Below are positions 19,903-29,155 of a DNA stretch of 60,896 nt, piece by piece. The stretch comes from a virus (lineage: Duplodnaviria > Caudoviricetes). Location of the stretch: positions 1-60,896 of IMG/VR virus record IMGVR_UViG_3300022723_000068. The stretch is one strand, 5' to 3'. Each line of letters starts with the position of its first letter. Positions within the stretch are counted from its first letter, which is position 1. The notes below the pieces were generated by a model. It was given only the letters and a program-made list of their open reading frames with translations. It did not search any database and was not told the origin of the DNA. The position numbers were made by a program, and so were the translations under genes.

Positions 19903-20292
19903 CTAGCCTATGAGATAGGCCGTCGTCGTGCCCGTGCCGTCGTCCGCCAAGGCGACACCTCCAGCCCCGTTGGCGGCGTCCGCCCTCGATGCGTGGAGCG
20001 TGTACTGATTGACGCCCGCCTCGGCCAAGAAGTAGTCGAGACCCTCTTCGAGAGCCGCTGGTAGAGCTCCGCCGGTGTTGTAGAAGACGACCTGAGCCCC
20101 CGCGGGAAGATCGTCGACAGTCGCCAGCGTAACCTCGTTGGCGGCGTTCTGGAAGGTCGCCACATAGATAGCGGCGATGGTGCGGCCGTCGAGACCTGCG
20201 TTGGCGATATCCGACTTTGTATGGTCCAGCCGACCTCGACGAAGGCCTTCGAAGCCGCGGTGCCGCGGGCGTCTGATGCGTGCTGCAGTCAT
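19903..20292 (-). CDS. Putative head decoration protein
   Basis: 129 aa directly after the MCP; TGGALPAAL..G.DYF beta motif. Confidence 0.55.
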   Translation of the reverse strand: MTAARIRRPRHRGFEGLRRGRLDHTKSDIANAGLDGRTIAAIYVATFQNAANEVTLATVDDLPAGAQVVFYNTGGALPAALEEGLDYFLAEAGVNQYTLHASRADAANGAGGVALADDGTGTTTAYLIG

Positions 20293-20352
20293 AGTAGTCT
20301 CCTGAGTGGATGAGAAGAGAGGCCCTTCCCTGGACCTCTCCGCCCGTTGCTA

Positions 20353-21444
20353 CTACGCCTCGCGACTTACCAGGCGTGCAAACTTGATCTGCTTGCGCTC
20401 CGGATACACCCGGTCGAACGCCGTGGCGACGTTCAGCTGAGCGTTAGTCGGGCCGCCCTTGGCCGTAGTGCCGCCGGTGTAGGCGTGGCCGGTCGGGTGG
20501 ATGCACCACTCGTTGCGAGAGAAGAGGATCTCCTGACCGCCGCCGTTGCCCGCCTGTTCCTCGCGCGTCACCGCGGTCGGGACCTTCGGCGAACCTACGC
20601 CGAGCTGCGCGGCGCCGGCTCCGAACAACCAGCTCTCGTAGATACCGGCCTCGCCCGCCGTACCGTCTGCGAGAACAACGTTCGTGCTGGACGGCATGCC
20701 GTCGTCGACGACGACCTCGCGACCGAGGAAAGTCGGAATCGTGACCTCACCTCGGGCGTCCGGGATGAAGTCGATGAGGTTGTTCTTCTGCATTCGGTTG
20801 TAGACGACCGAGTGGACCATCATGCCCGTAAGGTCCTCCATCGAGTCGCCCATGGTAAGGGCGGCGTCGAGAGCGGCCTCCGCGGAGAAGTTGGTCACCC
20901 CGTCGGCGAACGCCGTGCCTGAGATGTCGTTCACATAGTCACCAGAGTCGTTGACGCCGTTGTCCTTGCTGACGCCCTGCATCGTGGCGATGAAGATCGC
21001 CTGCAGCCGGCGAATCCAGTAGGCCGCGACACGAGCCGCGATGCTGGACATCGGATCTGCCCCAGCCACCTGAGCCGCGAGATCGGAGCTCGACCAGGAC
21101 TGATTACGGTTCAGGCGAACGGCGACTTCGGTGTCACCGGCCGTCTTCTTCGGCGTGGAGTCCGCGCGGTTGGCGTCCGTCGGCGTACCGTTCTCGAACG
21201 ACGCGTTCTGGATATCCGCAGCTTCCTGTCCGCTGACGTTGTCGGCGTCGTCGTCCAGATCGCGGAACGACGGGACACTGAAGCTAAGACCACCGCCTCC
21301 GAGCAGCTGGTCCAGAAGGGGGTTGCGCGCCAGAATGCCCGACTGCACGACGCGAGACTTCGTCTCGGTGAGCTGCTGGACATACGGCGTAAAAACTGAA
21401 GGCTCGACGATGTCGCTGAGCTGAGTGATAGGTCCCGTTGCCAT
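20353..21444 (-). CDS. Major capsid protein
   Basis: TQLSDIVEPSVFTPYV, GADPMSSIA.RVAAYW, MVHSVVY and RVYPERKQI motifs; strong RBS. Confidence 0.92.
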   Translation of the reverse strand: MATGPITQLSDIVEPSVFTPYVQQLTETKSRVVQSGILARNPLLDQLLGGGGLSFSVPSFRDLDDDADNVSGQEAADIQNASFENGTPTDANRADSTPKKTAGDTEVAVRLNRNQSWSSSDLAAQVAGADPMSSIAARVAAYWIRRLQAIFIATMQGVSKDNGVNDSGDYVNDISGTAFADGVTNFSAEAALDAALTMGDSMEDLTGMMVHSVVYNRMQKNNLIDFIPDARGEVTIPTFLGREVVVDDGMPSSTNVVLADGTAGEAGIYESWLFGAGAAQLGVGSPKVPTAVTREEQAGNGGGQEILFSRNEWCIHPTGHAYTGGTTAKGGPTNAQLNVATAFDRVYPERKQIKFARLVSREA

Positions 21445-21494
21445 GGATCTGTCTCCTGAAGAGTTGAATACGCAAAGATTCTCACCCGCGCGAA

Positions 21495-21509
21495 CTCCAT
21501 GGCTCTATC
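21495..21509 (-). promoter_or_regulatory. Conserved leader motif GATAGAGCCATGGAG (copy 2)
   Basis: Identical to 12754-12768; lies in the MCP leader. Confidence 0.55.
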
Positions 21510-21587
21510 CGGGTCGCCCGTACGCACATACGCCGGGCTCGATAGACGCCCCAGACTATACAAGATAATCTGGGGCGCCGTAAACAC

Positions 21588-22418
21588 CTACTTTGCAGGA
21601 GGCGCTATCGACCCGATAGACGAACCCGCCTGCTTGGCCAGAGCCTGCGCCTTCTCAGATCCGTGCTCACGGACCACCTGGCCCTGTTCGGTGACGTTCC
21701 AGTGGTCCTTCGACCACGGGTTCCTGCCGCCGTTGACGCCGAGATTGCCACCACCTCCGCCGCCTGCGCCCCCGCCCTGCGAGGGCGGCCACCAGTGCTG
21801 CCGGGTCTTCTGGATCTCGCTCAGCCAGTCCTTCGGCGTGATGCCTGGGGTGTAGCCGACCTGGTCCCGCATAACCACCTCACCGTCGTCCTCACGGACC
21901 TCGAACAGGCGCTCTGCGAGCATGAGCGCGTCCTCCTGGGCGCTGTCCAGAACCTTCGCCTCCACGAGAACAGGCCTGATGGCGTCCTCGATCTTACGCT
22001 TGTTCTCCTTGGTCTTGTACTCGCTGATTGAGGCGTCACGCTCCTCGATCTGCTGCTTGAGAGTAGTGTTCTCCCGCTCCACCGGCGCCAACCGCGTCTT
22101 GATGCGAGCCTCGACAAGATCGTTCAGCTTGTCCTCGTCCACCTTGCCGTCGGCCGCGGCCTCAAGCTCAGGGATGCGGTCGAGCTTCGTCTGCACCTCC
22201 TCGAACTCACCCAGGTTGCGCCAGGGCTCGAGCTTCTGCTTGGTCGCCTTGTGTTCGTCGCGCTCCTTCTGCAGACCTACCTGCATGCGTTCGATGTCGG
22301 CCTGGGTCTTCACGCCGTTGATGCCGGTCAGCTCGTACTGACCGTTTCGCTCGCTGTACAGATCGCGGTACTGCTCGGGGATGTCTTCCAGGTTTGAATG
22401 TATCGCTTCTAGAGCCAT
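21588..22418 (-). CDS. Capsid scaffolding protein
   Basis: Coiled coil, PPSQGGGAGG and NPW motif; directly upstream of the MCP. Confidence 0.85.
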   Translation of the reverse strand: MALEAIHSNLEDIPEQYRDLYSERNGQYELTGINGVKTQADIERMQVGLQKERDEHKATKQKLEPWRNLGEFEEVQTKLDRIPELEAAADGKVDEDKLNDLVEARIKTRLAPVERENTTLKQQIEERDASISEYKTKENKRKIEDAIRPVLVEAKVLDSAQEDALMLAERLFEVREDDGEVVMRDQVGYTPGITPKDWLSEIQKTRQHWWPPSQGGGAGGGGGGNLGVNGGRNPWSKDHWNVTEQGQVVREHGSEKAQALAKQAGSSIGSIAPPAK

Positions 22419-22440
22419 GCTCTTCTCCTCTTGTCGCGAC

Positions 22441-23673
22441 CTACTTAAAGTCGTCGGGGTCGAGACCGGCCGCGCGGAAAGCCTCCCCCTCTCTACGAGC
22501 CAACTGGGCGAGCGTGAGCTCGTCCCCTTGGCGATTTATGAATCTGTCTAGCGCGAGCTTCCCTCTTCGGAAGAGTCTCGCCTTAGTCACACCGAGCACG
22601 TCATCCTGGAATTCTCTGCTCTGGCGTCTCAAGAACGTCCCGTAGTCGAGCTTCGCCGGCACGGTGCCGGTGAGCTCTCGAATCCGTCCTCTAGCAAACG
22701 AATCGAAGGCGAGTCTGTGGCCTCTCGGCAGAGCCCCTCTCGACGTAACCGTCGGTAGCCCATTCTGTCTCGAGTACTCTCGCAGCAACATCCTCTGGGT
22801 GAAGCGCCTGGCCGGTCTTCGCCCCAACACCTCTCCGTCTATGACCGCCACTCTTAAAGAACGACAGTTGAAGTGCAGAGGAGGGATAGGCCCCACGCCT
22901 ACCTCGAAGCGCTTACCGTCGTTCGCTCTACACACGGGGGTCGTCCTCGCGTCGAGAGTCGCCACGTAGAGCTCCTCCTCGAAGACGTCCTTGTTCTCTT
23001 CGAAGAAAAGACGTCTCGACTGGTTGCTGTAGTGATTGACCATCGTTCTCGTGATGGCGGCCGCATTGTTCCTGGTGATCTGCGTCACGCCGTCCGAACC
23101 TCTCAGACGAACAATCCCCACGACCCTACGGGCGATCTCTATGGCGCCCTCGCCCTGTACCAGCCCGATGCGGACCTGATCTCTGATCCTGCGGACATCC
23201 GCCTCGGCGATGGTGCTCGCCCACTCTCTGAGAGTCCTACCTTCGAACGGCGACTCGCGAACCAGAGTCTCTAGAGTAGCCGCCGCCGGCAAGGCCAGAT
23301 CGAGCGTCACCGGCGAAACCGTGGCCAGCGCCTTCTGCGTGAACTCAGGCTCGGCCCTCGCCAAAGCCGTCATCTCGCGGACCCACACCTCCTCGACCTT
23401 CTCCCACGCCGTCGTGCGGATGGTGCGCAGCGCCTTCTCTAGGAGTCGCATGCGCGTCGCCGAGAAGCTACCGCCTGGTAGACCTCTGCGAAGCCGCCTC
23501 TCGATCTGGTCTCTCAGATCTTTCTCCGTCGCCTCTAGGATCTCGAAGACCTCGTTGCGGATCGAGCCCGACAGACGCATCAGCCCTATCTGATGGCGGA
23601 TCGCCGCGTCGAGAAACTGCTCGTTGATCGACAGATCTCCGCTCGGCAACTGCTTGTCTGGGTCCATGACCAT
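22441..23673 (-). CDS. Head morphogenesis protein (SPP1 gp7 / Mu F family)
   Basis: ATLDARTTPVC..DG and PPLHFNCRS motifs. Confidence 0.9.
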   Translation of the reverse strand: MVMDPDKQLPSGDLSINEQFLDAAIRHQIGLMRLSGSIRNEVFEILEATEKDLRDQIERRLRRGLPGGSFSATRMRLLEKALRTIRTTAWEKVEEVWVREMTALARAEPEFTQKALATVSPVTLDLALPAAATLETLVRESPFEGRTLREWASTIAEADVRRIRDQVRIGLVQGEGAIEIARRVVGIVRLRGSDGVTQITRNNAAAITRTMVNHYSNQSRRLFFEENKDVFEEELYVATLDARTTPVCRANDGKRFEVGVGPIPPLHFNCRSLRVAVIDGEVLGRRPARRFTQRMLLREYSRQNGLPTVTSRGALPRGHRLAFDSFARGRIRELTGTVPAKLDYGTFLRRQSREFQDDVLGVTKARLFRRGKLALDRFINRQGDELTLAQLARREGEAFRAAGLDPDDFK

Positions 23674-23679
23674 CTAGAG

Positions 23680-25152
23680 TTATTCTTCGGGGTCGTCCTC
23701 GAGACCTGAATCATCGACGATGGGCTCGACCAGAGGCCCCTCCTCACTGATGCGTTGGAGCTCGGTCTCTAGATCGAGCTCCGTGAGGCCCTTGTCCTGC
23801 ATGAGCTTGTGGATGGACTCGAGCGAGAGTGGAGCCCCGAGAGTCTTGGCCGTGATGTACTCGATCAAGCTCTTGCCGTCGAGACGATCGTCGACGAAGT
23901 CGAGATTGGGCTGGACTACCACCTCTTCGGGGTTGGCTCCGACCCATTCAGCCGCGATCCTCAGAATCTTCTGCAGAGCGAAGGCGCCGGTAATCGCCAC
24001 CTCGTTGAGCGTGGCCGTCCTGGCGCCGACCCTGATCTGCAGAGCGTCGCCGGACTCGACCCCTCGAGACGCGTTGTCCATGAGCTGACCCGCCATGGTC
24101 GCCGCGTCCTTCTTGTCGTTCTCTACCGCCTGTCGCTGCTCCTCTAGACCTGAGCTATCCACACCGATGAACTTGGCGTCGGCCTCGACGTTCTGGAGCG
24201 CAATCACCGCGTTGGCACCTGTCCTGTAGGTCTTCGCGTTACCATCTTGCGCTTGTCCGTCACCAATAACGACCAACGTGTCCTGGCCCTGCATGAAGAG
24301 CGACTGGCGATAGTCGGCCTCGCCGCGGTAGATGGCCAAGCACAAGCGGGCGAGCGACATCAGCGGCGGGTCATCGGGGTCCGGCACGATGTCCTTGGAG
24401 TTGACGAACACGAACGGGATCTTGTCGAGAGCGCGGCCTCTCACAGAGGGCGTCACTAACGCGGCCTCTGAGAAGTTGGCGTTCTTCTCGGTAAAGACAC
24501 CTACGCGGTAGATCTGACCGGATGAGGAGCCTTCGTTCTCTTGGGGGTCGCCAAGGATCAGCACGCGGTACTTGTCCTTCTTCTCCCACTCGAAATCCTC
24601 CTGGCGCTCATACTCAGACTCATCTAGAGATACGAAGTTGAGGTTCTGCAACACGATCTCTTCGCGACGCCCGTCGTCCCAGTTAAGCATCTGGTGCGCG
24701 TCGTAGGTGGCTATGTAGGGCAATAGGTTCTCAAGCGTCGGGGCCGACGGCAGATCTAGCAGAAGCCCGTAGCGACCCGTGACCAGCTGCGCCTCGTTGA
24801 CCCTACGCAGAAGCATCTCGAGCGACTCGCCCTGGGTCGTGGCGTTCTCCCGCATATCCTCTAGCGCCTGCGGGAGCTCGATCGTCGGCGGCTTGTGGTG
24901 CATGATACCAACTAGGGTCTTGACGGCTTCGGCGACCAGATTGTGATATATCGCGCGCTTGCGATAGGCGTCGTAGGCCTTCCAACCGACGGAGTTTACG
25001 GCGGGGTAGCCGTCTACGTACATGCCAGAAGTGGCGGGCAGATACTCCGTCCCCTGTTCTTTGATCGTCCTCTCCCCCGCATAGGCGTGCTTCATCGTCC
25101 GCCAGTCTGGCAGAGACAGTGTATAACGCGGGTGTTTGCTATCTACCGGCAT
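23680..25152 (-). CDS. Portal protein (DUF4055 type)
   Basis: 490 aa after TerL; IPFVF..PPL..LA and ESGDAL motifs. Confidence 0.9.
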   Translation of the reverse strand: MPVDSKHPRYTLSLPDWRTMKHAYAGERTIKEQGTEYLPATSGMYVDGYPAVNSVGWKAYDAYRKRAIYHNLVAEAVKTLVGIMHHKPPTIELPQALEDMRENATTQGESLEMLLRRVNEAQLVTGRYGLLLDLPSAPTLENLLPYIATYDAHQMLNWDDGRREEIVLQNLNFVSLDESEYERQEDFEWEKKDKYRVLILGDPQENEGSSSGQIYRVGVFTEKNANFSEAALVTPSVRGRALDKIPFVFVNSKDIVPDPDDPPLMSLARLCLAIYRGEADYRQSLFMQGQDTLVVIGDGQAQDGNAKTYRTGANAVIALQNVEADAKFIGVDSSGLEEQRQAVENDKKDAATMAGQLMDNASRGVESGDALQIRVGARTATLNEVAITGAFALQKILRIAAEWVGANPEEVVVQPNLDFVDDRLDGKSLIEYITAKTLGAPLSLESIHKLMQDKGLTELDLETELQRISEEGPLVEPIVDDSGLEDDPEE

Positions 25153-25167
25153 GGGGGCTTCTCCTAG

Positions 25168-26766
25168 TCAGAACATCCCGACGTGGCCGGATGGTGCGTC
25201 ACCAGCGTTCGGGTTGTAGGCTTGGGCGAACTGCATAAACGCGTCCGCTCCGTGGCAGTGTTTATTGTCGACAGGGTTCTTGGTGTACTGTTCGCGCTTC
25301 TCGTCGTAGTCATACCTGTAGTTCTCAAGAGACACGATCCCTGAGTGCTCGACCTCGCGCATTGATTCTGGCGGTATATACTTGCAACCTTCTTCCGAGA
25401 AATAACAAGTCGGCAGAGCCTGACGAGCGAGCTCGTGGGCCTCCTCCTTATCTTGAATACGCGGCACCGTAACGATGTTCCTCAGGCCCGCCCTCTCGGC
25501 GACCTGCTTCCTGGTGAGGTTCTCGGACTGAGTGAGATCCGTCACCTCGACATCGTGCGGCATATAGTGGGCGCCATACATGTACTGGCGCTCGTTGAGC
25601 AGGAGCCTCACGTAGTGCTGCATGTTGTGGCCTCGATCCTCTATGTAGTCGAAGAACCTGTTCTCAGGCCCCACGCGCTGGTGAAACCATATCACCATCG
25701 AGTCGTTGCGGCCAAGATCCCAGAACGTGTTTACCGGGATGCCAGGCTGGTAGGGGATGCTCTTAAGGATCTGGCGCTTCCGCCTGAGCTCCATCATCTG
25801 CTTACCGAAGATGGCGCCTTCAACCACGGCGCGGAACGCATCCTCGGGGATGCTGGGGTACTCCCGCCCCATGTGCATACCCTGCTCCTCCGACTTCTTC
25901 ACGAACCAGTTCTTCTGTTCGCGGTCCAGGGAGATCCCGTGCTCCTCCTGGAGCTCCTCAAAGTAGACGGCGAGCTCTGGCGGGACGGGTGCAGGCTTCT
26001 GCATCCTGAGCCTATACTCGTCTTGCGTGTACCACGGGTAGAAGAAAAATTTGTAGTCCATCTCAGAAAGTTCAACCCCTGCCAGCATCTTCTTCTCTGC
26101 GGTCCTCGCCATCTCGTAGAACTTGCCGTGAGCGCCCTCAGCCGTAGACTCAATAAAGACGAACTGACCAGGGACAACGGTATTGAGCGAGCCTGAGATA
26201 ATCTCCGTCGCGCGTTCTGGATACTTAGCACAGATCTTTCCGAACTCAGAGATGTGGAGGTACTGGAGCGTATCAGACCGCATCGACGTTCCTACACGGA
26301 TAGAGGACCCGTTCGAGAACTGGAGCTCACCCGCTCTGTCGGTCTTCGCCGCCAACTGCTCCTTGAGAGCTCCCGGCAATCTGTCGTAGGCGTACTTGAT
26401 CTTCCACTTGAAGAAGTTCTCGGCGTCGTCCTTATTGTGCGCTATGACGCCCGCCTTCACGTTGGGGTTGAAGAGGCACCTGTCAAGCATGAACAAATCA
26501 ATAACTGTGGTCACGCCCTTCTGCCTCGCCTTCAGAACGAGGTTCAGATACCACATGTTCTTATAGAGGTGCTCCTGCGTCTCGTTGGGGCGAAACAGGA
26601 ACTCGTTGGCCTTCTTGTCGACCTGATAGTAGAGCGAGTTGAGCCGTCTCCAGGGGGAACCCAGGATCTCGCACAATCCTTCTTTTACGCTAGTGCTTCG
26701 CTGTAGAACCTGGGTGCTCAAAACTGTCGCTCTCCGAAGGTAGGCCGGTAGACGGGCGGATCTCAT
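25168..26766 (-). CDS. terL: Terminase large subunit (start uncertain)
   Basis: Walker A LKARQKGVTT, Walker B LHISE, coupling motif ESTAEG, nuclease motifs WDLG..D and HGADAF. Confidence 0.93.
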   Translation of the reverse strand: MRSARLPAYLRRATVLSTQVLQRSTSVKEGLCEILGSPWRRLNSLYYQVDKKANEFLFRPNETQEHLYKNMWYLNLVLKARQKGVTTVIDLFMLDRCLFNPNVKAGVIAHNKDDAENFFKWKIKYAYDRLPGALKEQLAAKTDRAGELQFSNGSSIRVGTSMRSDTLQYLHISEFGKICAKYPERATEIISGSLNTVVPGQFVFIESTAEGAHGKFYEMARTAEKKMLAGVELSEMDYKFFFYPWYTQDEYRLRMQKPAPVPPELAVYFEELQEEHGISLDREQKNWFVKKSEEQGMHMGREYPSIPEDAFRAVVEGAIFGKQMMELRRKRQILKSIPYQPGIPVNTFWDLGRNDSMVIWFHQRVGPENRFFDYIEDRGHNMQHYVRLLLNERQYMYGAHYMPHDVEVTDLTQSENLTRKQVAERAGLRNIVTVPRIQDKEEAHELARQALPTCYFSEEGCKYIPPESMREVEHSGIVSLENYRYDYDEKREQYTKNPVDNKHCHGADAFMQFAQAYNPNAGDAPSGHVGMF

Positions 26767-27226
26767 CGAGAAGCTGCTCCAGACCCTGGACCTTCATATC
26801 CAATTGCTTCTTCTCGTTGTACTCAGGAATGTGGCGTCGAGCGTAGGCGAGAAGCAACGAATCAGAGTAGCGGCGGATGTAGGCGTGCTTCATCAGGGGC
26901 TTGCCGTCCTCGCCCATGATGGGCTCGCCGTCTTCGTCGAGCTCGTAGTCCATGACTGGTGAACCCTGATGAAAGCGCTTCTCATCCACACCGCTTATCG
27001 CGCGACGGTGGATCTCCGCCTCGATGCTGGCGCGGAACACGTCCATCGCCTCCTCCATCTCGGCGGCTAGTGCTTCATCGATCTTGCGTCGCTGATAGAT
27101 GTACGAAGTCGACACGCCGGCGACCTGACAGGCGTCGGCTATCCGACCTGTCTGCCCAAGCATCCGCATGAATGCTTTGCGTGACGGTCCGTCAAACTTG
27201 TAGGGATCTACGGGGATCTCATCCAC
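26690..27226 (-). CDS. terS: Terminase small subunit
   Basis: HTH (GRIADACQVAGVSTSYIY), E..RRA..G and YSDSLL motifs; probable GTG start at 27226. Confidence 0.85.
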   Translation of the reverse strand: MDEIPVDPYKFDGPSRKAFMRMLGQTGRIADACQVAGVSTSYIYQRRKIDEALAAEMEEAMDVFRASIEAEIHRRAISGVDEKRFHQGSPVMDYELDEDGEPIMGEDGKPLMKHAYIRRYSDSLLLAYARRHIPEYNEKKQLDMKVQGLEQLLDEIRPSTGLPSESDSFEHPGSTAKH

Positions 27227-27383
27227 GTGAGAGGGTCCTCGTTTGGTAGATGCGCCACATTGCGCAAGCGCGATCGTACTGCGACCAGGGAGCTCGTGGC
27301 CAGTTTTCGGCCTGAAGAATTGGGGAGTCTCAGGCCCAGACGATCGGAGTTCGGAGCCCAAGCCCAGACGGGGCGACTGGCCA

Positions 27384-27710
27384 TAGGTCGGGAAGGTCGG
27401 TCAAGGTCGGTCACGATAAGCTATTGATCTTGAAAGATATGACCTACCTTCCCTACCTTCCCTACCTAAAAGAGAGGATAGGAAAGATAGGCAGATCGGG
27501 GTCTCGAGAGAATTTCTAGACCGAACTTCCAAACAGGGCGGCCAGGTCGGCCAGGTCGGTCTTTACCTTGTGCATCATACACTTAGAGTGACCGACCTGC
27601 CTTTTCAAGGTCGGTCATTACGGGCTAGGTCGGTCATTTTAGGGTCGGTCATCTCCAACCCCGTAAAATGAAAAAGGGCGCCTAGAGGCGCCCTCTGGTG
27701 ACCGACCTTA
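27384..27710. repeat. Array of ~13 AGGTCGGTCA-like units in direct and inverted orientation
   Basis: Non-coding. Examples: 27394, 27404, ~27608, ~27627; inverted copies at ~27440-27467, ~27589, ~27699. Confidence 0.85.
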
Positions 27711-27814
27711 GTCCAAGACGTCCATCTGATGGACGCTCGTCTACTCGACTAACCGGGGTCTTCTCCGTTTCGGCGGGCCTTTTCTTTGCCCGACAGAGAG
27801 AAACACCCGCCCAC

Positions 27815-27838
27815 AAAAAAGCCGCCCGAAGGCGGCTT
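27815..27838 (-). terminator. Intrinsic terminator
   Basis: AAGCCGCC-CGAA-GGCGGCTT hairpin followed by a U run on the minus strand, after the last accessory gene. Confidence 0.8.
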
Positions 27839-27862
27839 ATCTGAGGCTCTTTGAGAGCTCTG

Positions 27863-28168
27863 TCAGGCGCTGAACACACCCTCTTCACTCTTCGCGATTT
27901 CGACCCCCTTCTTTTGAAGCTTCGAGATGATGTCGCGGGCGTAGGCCTTGCGAATGCTGAAGAGGGCCTGGATCTCGTCGACGGAGGCCCCGCCGGTCGT
28001 CAAGAGAGCCTTTACCAGGTTCTGCTTGGACGTCCGACCGATCGCCTTGATCGCCGTGTTCTTGTCCTTGAAGCGCTTGACCTTGGTCTCGTTGATAGCC
28101 GCCGAGATCTGGGCCAGTCGCGCGAGGGGCAGGCTGTGCAGCCCCGTGTTAGCCTTGCTTGTCGCCAT
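27863..28168 (-). CDS. Small basic DNA-binding protein (winged-HTH-like C-terminus)
   Basis: Lys-rich; GASVDEIQALF..ARDIISKLQKKG; RBS GAGGAG; has its own promoter. Confidence 0.6.
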   Translation of the reverse strand: MATSKANTGLHSLPLARLAQISAAINETKVKRFKDKNTAIKAIGRTSKQNLVKALLTTGGASVDEIQALFSIRKAYARDIISKLQKKGVEIAKSEEGVFSA

Positions 28169-28209
28169 GGTACTCACTCCTCTGTGATGTTGTGTTCGGT
28201 GACGCACCT

Positions 28210-28238
28210 ATACTCTCAGATGCTTGGCAAGATGTAAA
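28210..28238 (-). promoter_or_regulatory. sigma70-type promoter TTTACA-N17-GAGTAT
   Basis: Member of a six-copy promoter family. Confidence 0.7.
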
Positions 28239-28255
28239 CCCCTCGCGCGACTATT

Positions 28256-28807
28256 TTACGCGTTCTCGGCCCTCTTCTGGTGACCTCCCTTCTCCCCCTC
28301 CAGCACGCTCTTGTACCGCACTTCAAGCTTTGTCACGTTGGCGTCGAGCGCGTCCTGCAGATCTCGCCCATTCGCCTGGAGGATGTAGCCCACGTTTCTC
28401 ATGACCTGCCCCAGGTGGTGGAGCCAGGTCCTCTGCTCGTACTCCCGACCGTCTCTGATCCACTTCTTGACCATCTCGGAGACCTCTTTGGTCGCACTGA
28501 TTAGCCTTATACCCGACAGAGCTCTTGTCTGGTAGGGCAGCTTCCTAAACCCGATCTTCGCGTGGACGTCCGTGAACGTGAGCCCCTGCCAGTCGGCCAG
28601 TACGGTGAGGTAGTAGAGCACGTCCCCGCACTCATCTACCAAGAGCTCCGTATTGGAGGGCTGCTCGTCGAGGACCTCGCAGACCTCGCCGGCCTCGCCG
28701 ATGACACCGAGACCGGCGATCGAGACCCCGCGTTCGGTGTGCCCGTCTGGCTCTGACCAGATCTTGAGAACGAACTTGGGGTAGTAGCTGGGGTGGATTC
28801 GGCCCAT
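28256..28807 (-). CDS. MazG-like nucleotide pyrophosphohydrolase (tandem domains)
   Basis: GEAGEV..DECGDVLYY motif and C-terminal N..KL..RY; the second repeat is degenerate. Confidence 0.75.
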   Translation of the reverse strand: MGRIHPSYYPKFVLKIWSEPDGHTERGVSIAGLGVIGEAGEVCEVLDEQPSNTELLVDECGDVLYYLTVLADWQGLTFTDVHAKIGFRKLPYQTRALSGIRLISATKEVSEMVKKWIRDGREYEQRTWLHHLGQVMRNVGYILQANGRDLQDALDANVTKLEVRYKSVLEGEKGGHQKRAENA

Positions 28808-29127
28808 TAGTGCACCCCCGCCTGTCCTGGACCGCCGACGCCTCCCGCCGGGACGCCGACCGACCTCACGATCTTCGGCTCTTCCGCGTGCTCTACCTCG
28901 ACCAGGAGGCACACGTCGTGCTCGTTGGTCGTACGGACGTTCTCGACCAGAGCGGCGTACATGTCGTCGCCTACGGCCTCGCGGAAGTCCTCCGCCTTCA
29001 CAGTCTCTTCGTTCTGAAGAAGAACGAGTACGCCGATCAGTGCGATACGTTGAGCGGCGAACTGGTCCATCGGTAGCTGGGCGGCCAGGTTGGTCGCCTG
29101 TCTATACCTAGGCATGATTACTTGCAT
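28807..29127 (-). CDS. Hypothetical protein
   Basis: 106 aa with RBS GAGGAG; stop overlaps the next start. Confidence 0.55.
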   Translation of the reverse strand: MQVIMPRYRQATNLAAQLPMDQFAAQRIALIGVLVLLQNEETVKAEDFREAVGDDMYAALVENVRTTNEHDVCLLVEVEHAEEPKIVRSVGVPAGGVGGPGQAGVH

Positions 29128-29155
29128 TATGGTTCTCCTCTTGCTTGGGTTGGTG

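Noticed and set aside
21547-21584. Promoter TTTACG-N18-TATAGT for the capsid gene
   Set aside because: The spacing is long and the same bases form a CGCCCCAGA inverted repeat, so promoter cannot be told from RNA hairpin; not listed as a feature.
4255-26706. Many long plus-strand ORFs (e.g. 4255-5133, 14530-15285, 25435-26196)
   Set aside because: Antisense shadows of high-GC minus-strand genes, with no motifs or RBS.
27384-27710. CRISPR array
   Set aside because: Units are about 10 bp, irregularly spaced and in both orientations; no cas genes.
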